Part shown: one piece after another, positions 63,098 through 64,000 of the stretch
How positions within the stretch are numbered: the stretch's first letter is position 1
Layout: each line of letters starts with the position of its first letter
Assembly (NCBI GenBank): GCA_013265495.1
Contig: MU058449.1
Location: 420,176 to 484,175, forward strand
Direction of reading: 5' to 3'
Source of the DNA: Vicugna vicugna
Taxonomy: Eukaryota
Length of the DNA: 64,000 nucleotides
Notes under the pieces: generated by a model
Told to the model about the DNA's origin: nothing
The model's database searches: none
The model's input: the letters and a program-made list of their open reading frames with translations, nothing else
Program-made: the position numbers and the translations under genes

Positions 63098-64000
63098 TTA
63101 TTTCTTAATAAAGGCGCAGAATACTCGCTCTCGTATCTGTTTGGTCCTCACACCATAAATGATGGGGTTGAGTGAAGGTGGGATAACCAAATAGAGGTTG
63201 GCAACAAGAATGTGAATGTAGCGGGGTATGCTGTGTCCAAATCGGTGAGTGAGGAAAGAGAAGACTGAGGGGATATAGAAAACACAAATGACCCCAACAT
63301 GGGAGCCACACGTGCTTAGGGCTTTTAGCCTTGCATCTTGGGATGGGAGGCGAAAGACAGCACGGAGAATATAAATATAGGAGATGCCAATAAGGACTAG
63401 GTTTAGAACAAAGAAGAAAACAACAAAGAGCCCATAAGTACCATTGATACGGATGTTTCCACAGGACAGTTTTGCGATGCCCATGTGCTCACAGTAGGAA
63501 TGAGCTATCACATGAGCCTGACAAAAGGGTAGGCGGTAGATGAGATAGATCATGGGAAGTGTCAGCAGGACTGGACGAATTACAATGCACATGCTGATGC
63601 CCACCAGCACCCGGGATGTCAGGATGGTCATGTATTGGAGTGGAGCACAGATCGCCACATAGCGGTCAAAGGCCATGGCTAGTAAGACTTCAGCTTCCAT
63701 GCCAGTAAAAGCGTGGATCAGGAACATCTGGGCCACACAAGCTCCAAAGTTAATCTCATGAGCATCAAACCAGAAGATACCCAGCATGCGGGGAACAGAG
63801 GTTGTTGAAAGGGCCAAATCAATGGTTGAAAGGATGGCCAGAAAGTAGAACATAGGCTCCCGGAGTGTCTGCTCCATCTTGATGACTAACAGAATTGTGA
63901 GATTGCCCAGTAAAGCCACAAGGTAAACAAAGCAGAAAGGCAGGGAGATCCAGGCATGGACCTCTTCCAGGCCTGGGATTCCAATGAGGTAAAATGTGGT
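63098..64000 (-). CDS. OR52J3: Olfactory receptor 52J3-like (copy B), 5' end off-window (start expected ~33 nt beyond 64000)
   Basis: Colinear with copy A at an offset of 9950 with no indels. The frame is open to the window edge and retains RLPFC, HSYCEHM, THRFG and NPIIY. Confidence 0.92.
   Translation of the reverse strand, partial: TTFYLIGIPGLEEVHAWISLPFCFVYLVALLGNLTILLVIKMEQTLREPMFYFLAILSTIDLALSTTSVPRMLGIFWFDAHEINFGACVAQMFLIHAFTGMEAEVLLAMAFDRYVAICAPLQYMTILTSRVLVGISMCIVIRPVLLTLPMIYLIYRLPFCQAHVIAHSYCEHMGIAKLSCGNIRINGTYGLFVVFFFVLNLVLIGISYIYILRAVFRLPSQDARLKALSTCGSHVGVICVFYIPSVFSFLTHRFGHSIPRYIHILVANLYLVIPPSLNPIIYGVRTKQIRERVFCAFIKK

Overview
Mammalian genomic DNA, most likely camelid, judged from a vic-1-type tRNA-derived SINE. 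The window is part of a class I olfactory receptor (OR52) cluster. It holds seven single-coding-exon OR genes: one frameshifted OR52E-type pseudogene, an OR52S-like gene, OR52E1-like, OR52E2-like, a further OR52E-type gene, and two OR52J3-like paralogues, the last cut by the window end. The gene order and strands recall the human 11p15.4 segment near the beta-globin locus, read in reverse; this is from memory and unverified. The intergenic DNA is rich in repeats. There are five insertions of one young LINE-1 family, including a ~6 kb near-full-length copy with an intact 1265-aa ORF2 and target-site duplications; most of its ORF1 lies in an 875-nt N gap. Older L1, LTR, DNA-transposon and MIR remnants are also present. 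The most striking observation is an L1 copy whose last ~100 nt carry 14 A-to-G changes on the sense strand and no other substitution relative to sibling copies in the window. This looks like ADAR hyper-editing fixed in the genome. Other findings include a conserved promoter and non-coding first-exon module for three OR52E genes, a gene-conversion tract between the OR52J paralogues, and open-frame ORs that have lost key residues. Repeat family names and gene symbols come from recall of consensus sequences, not from database searches.
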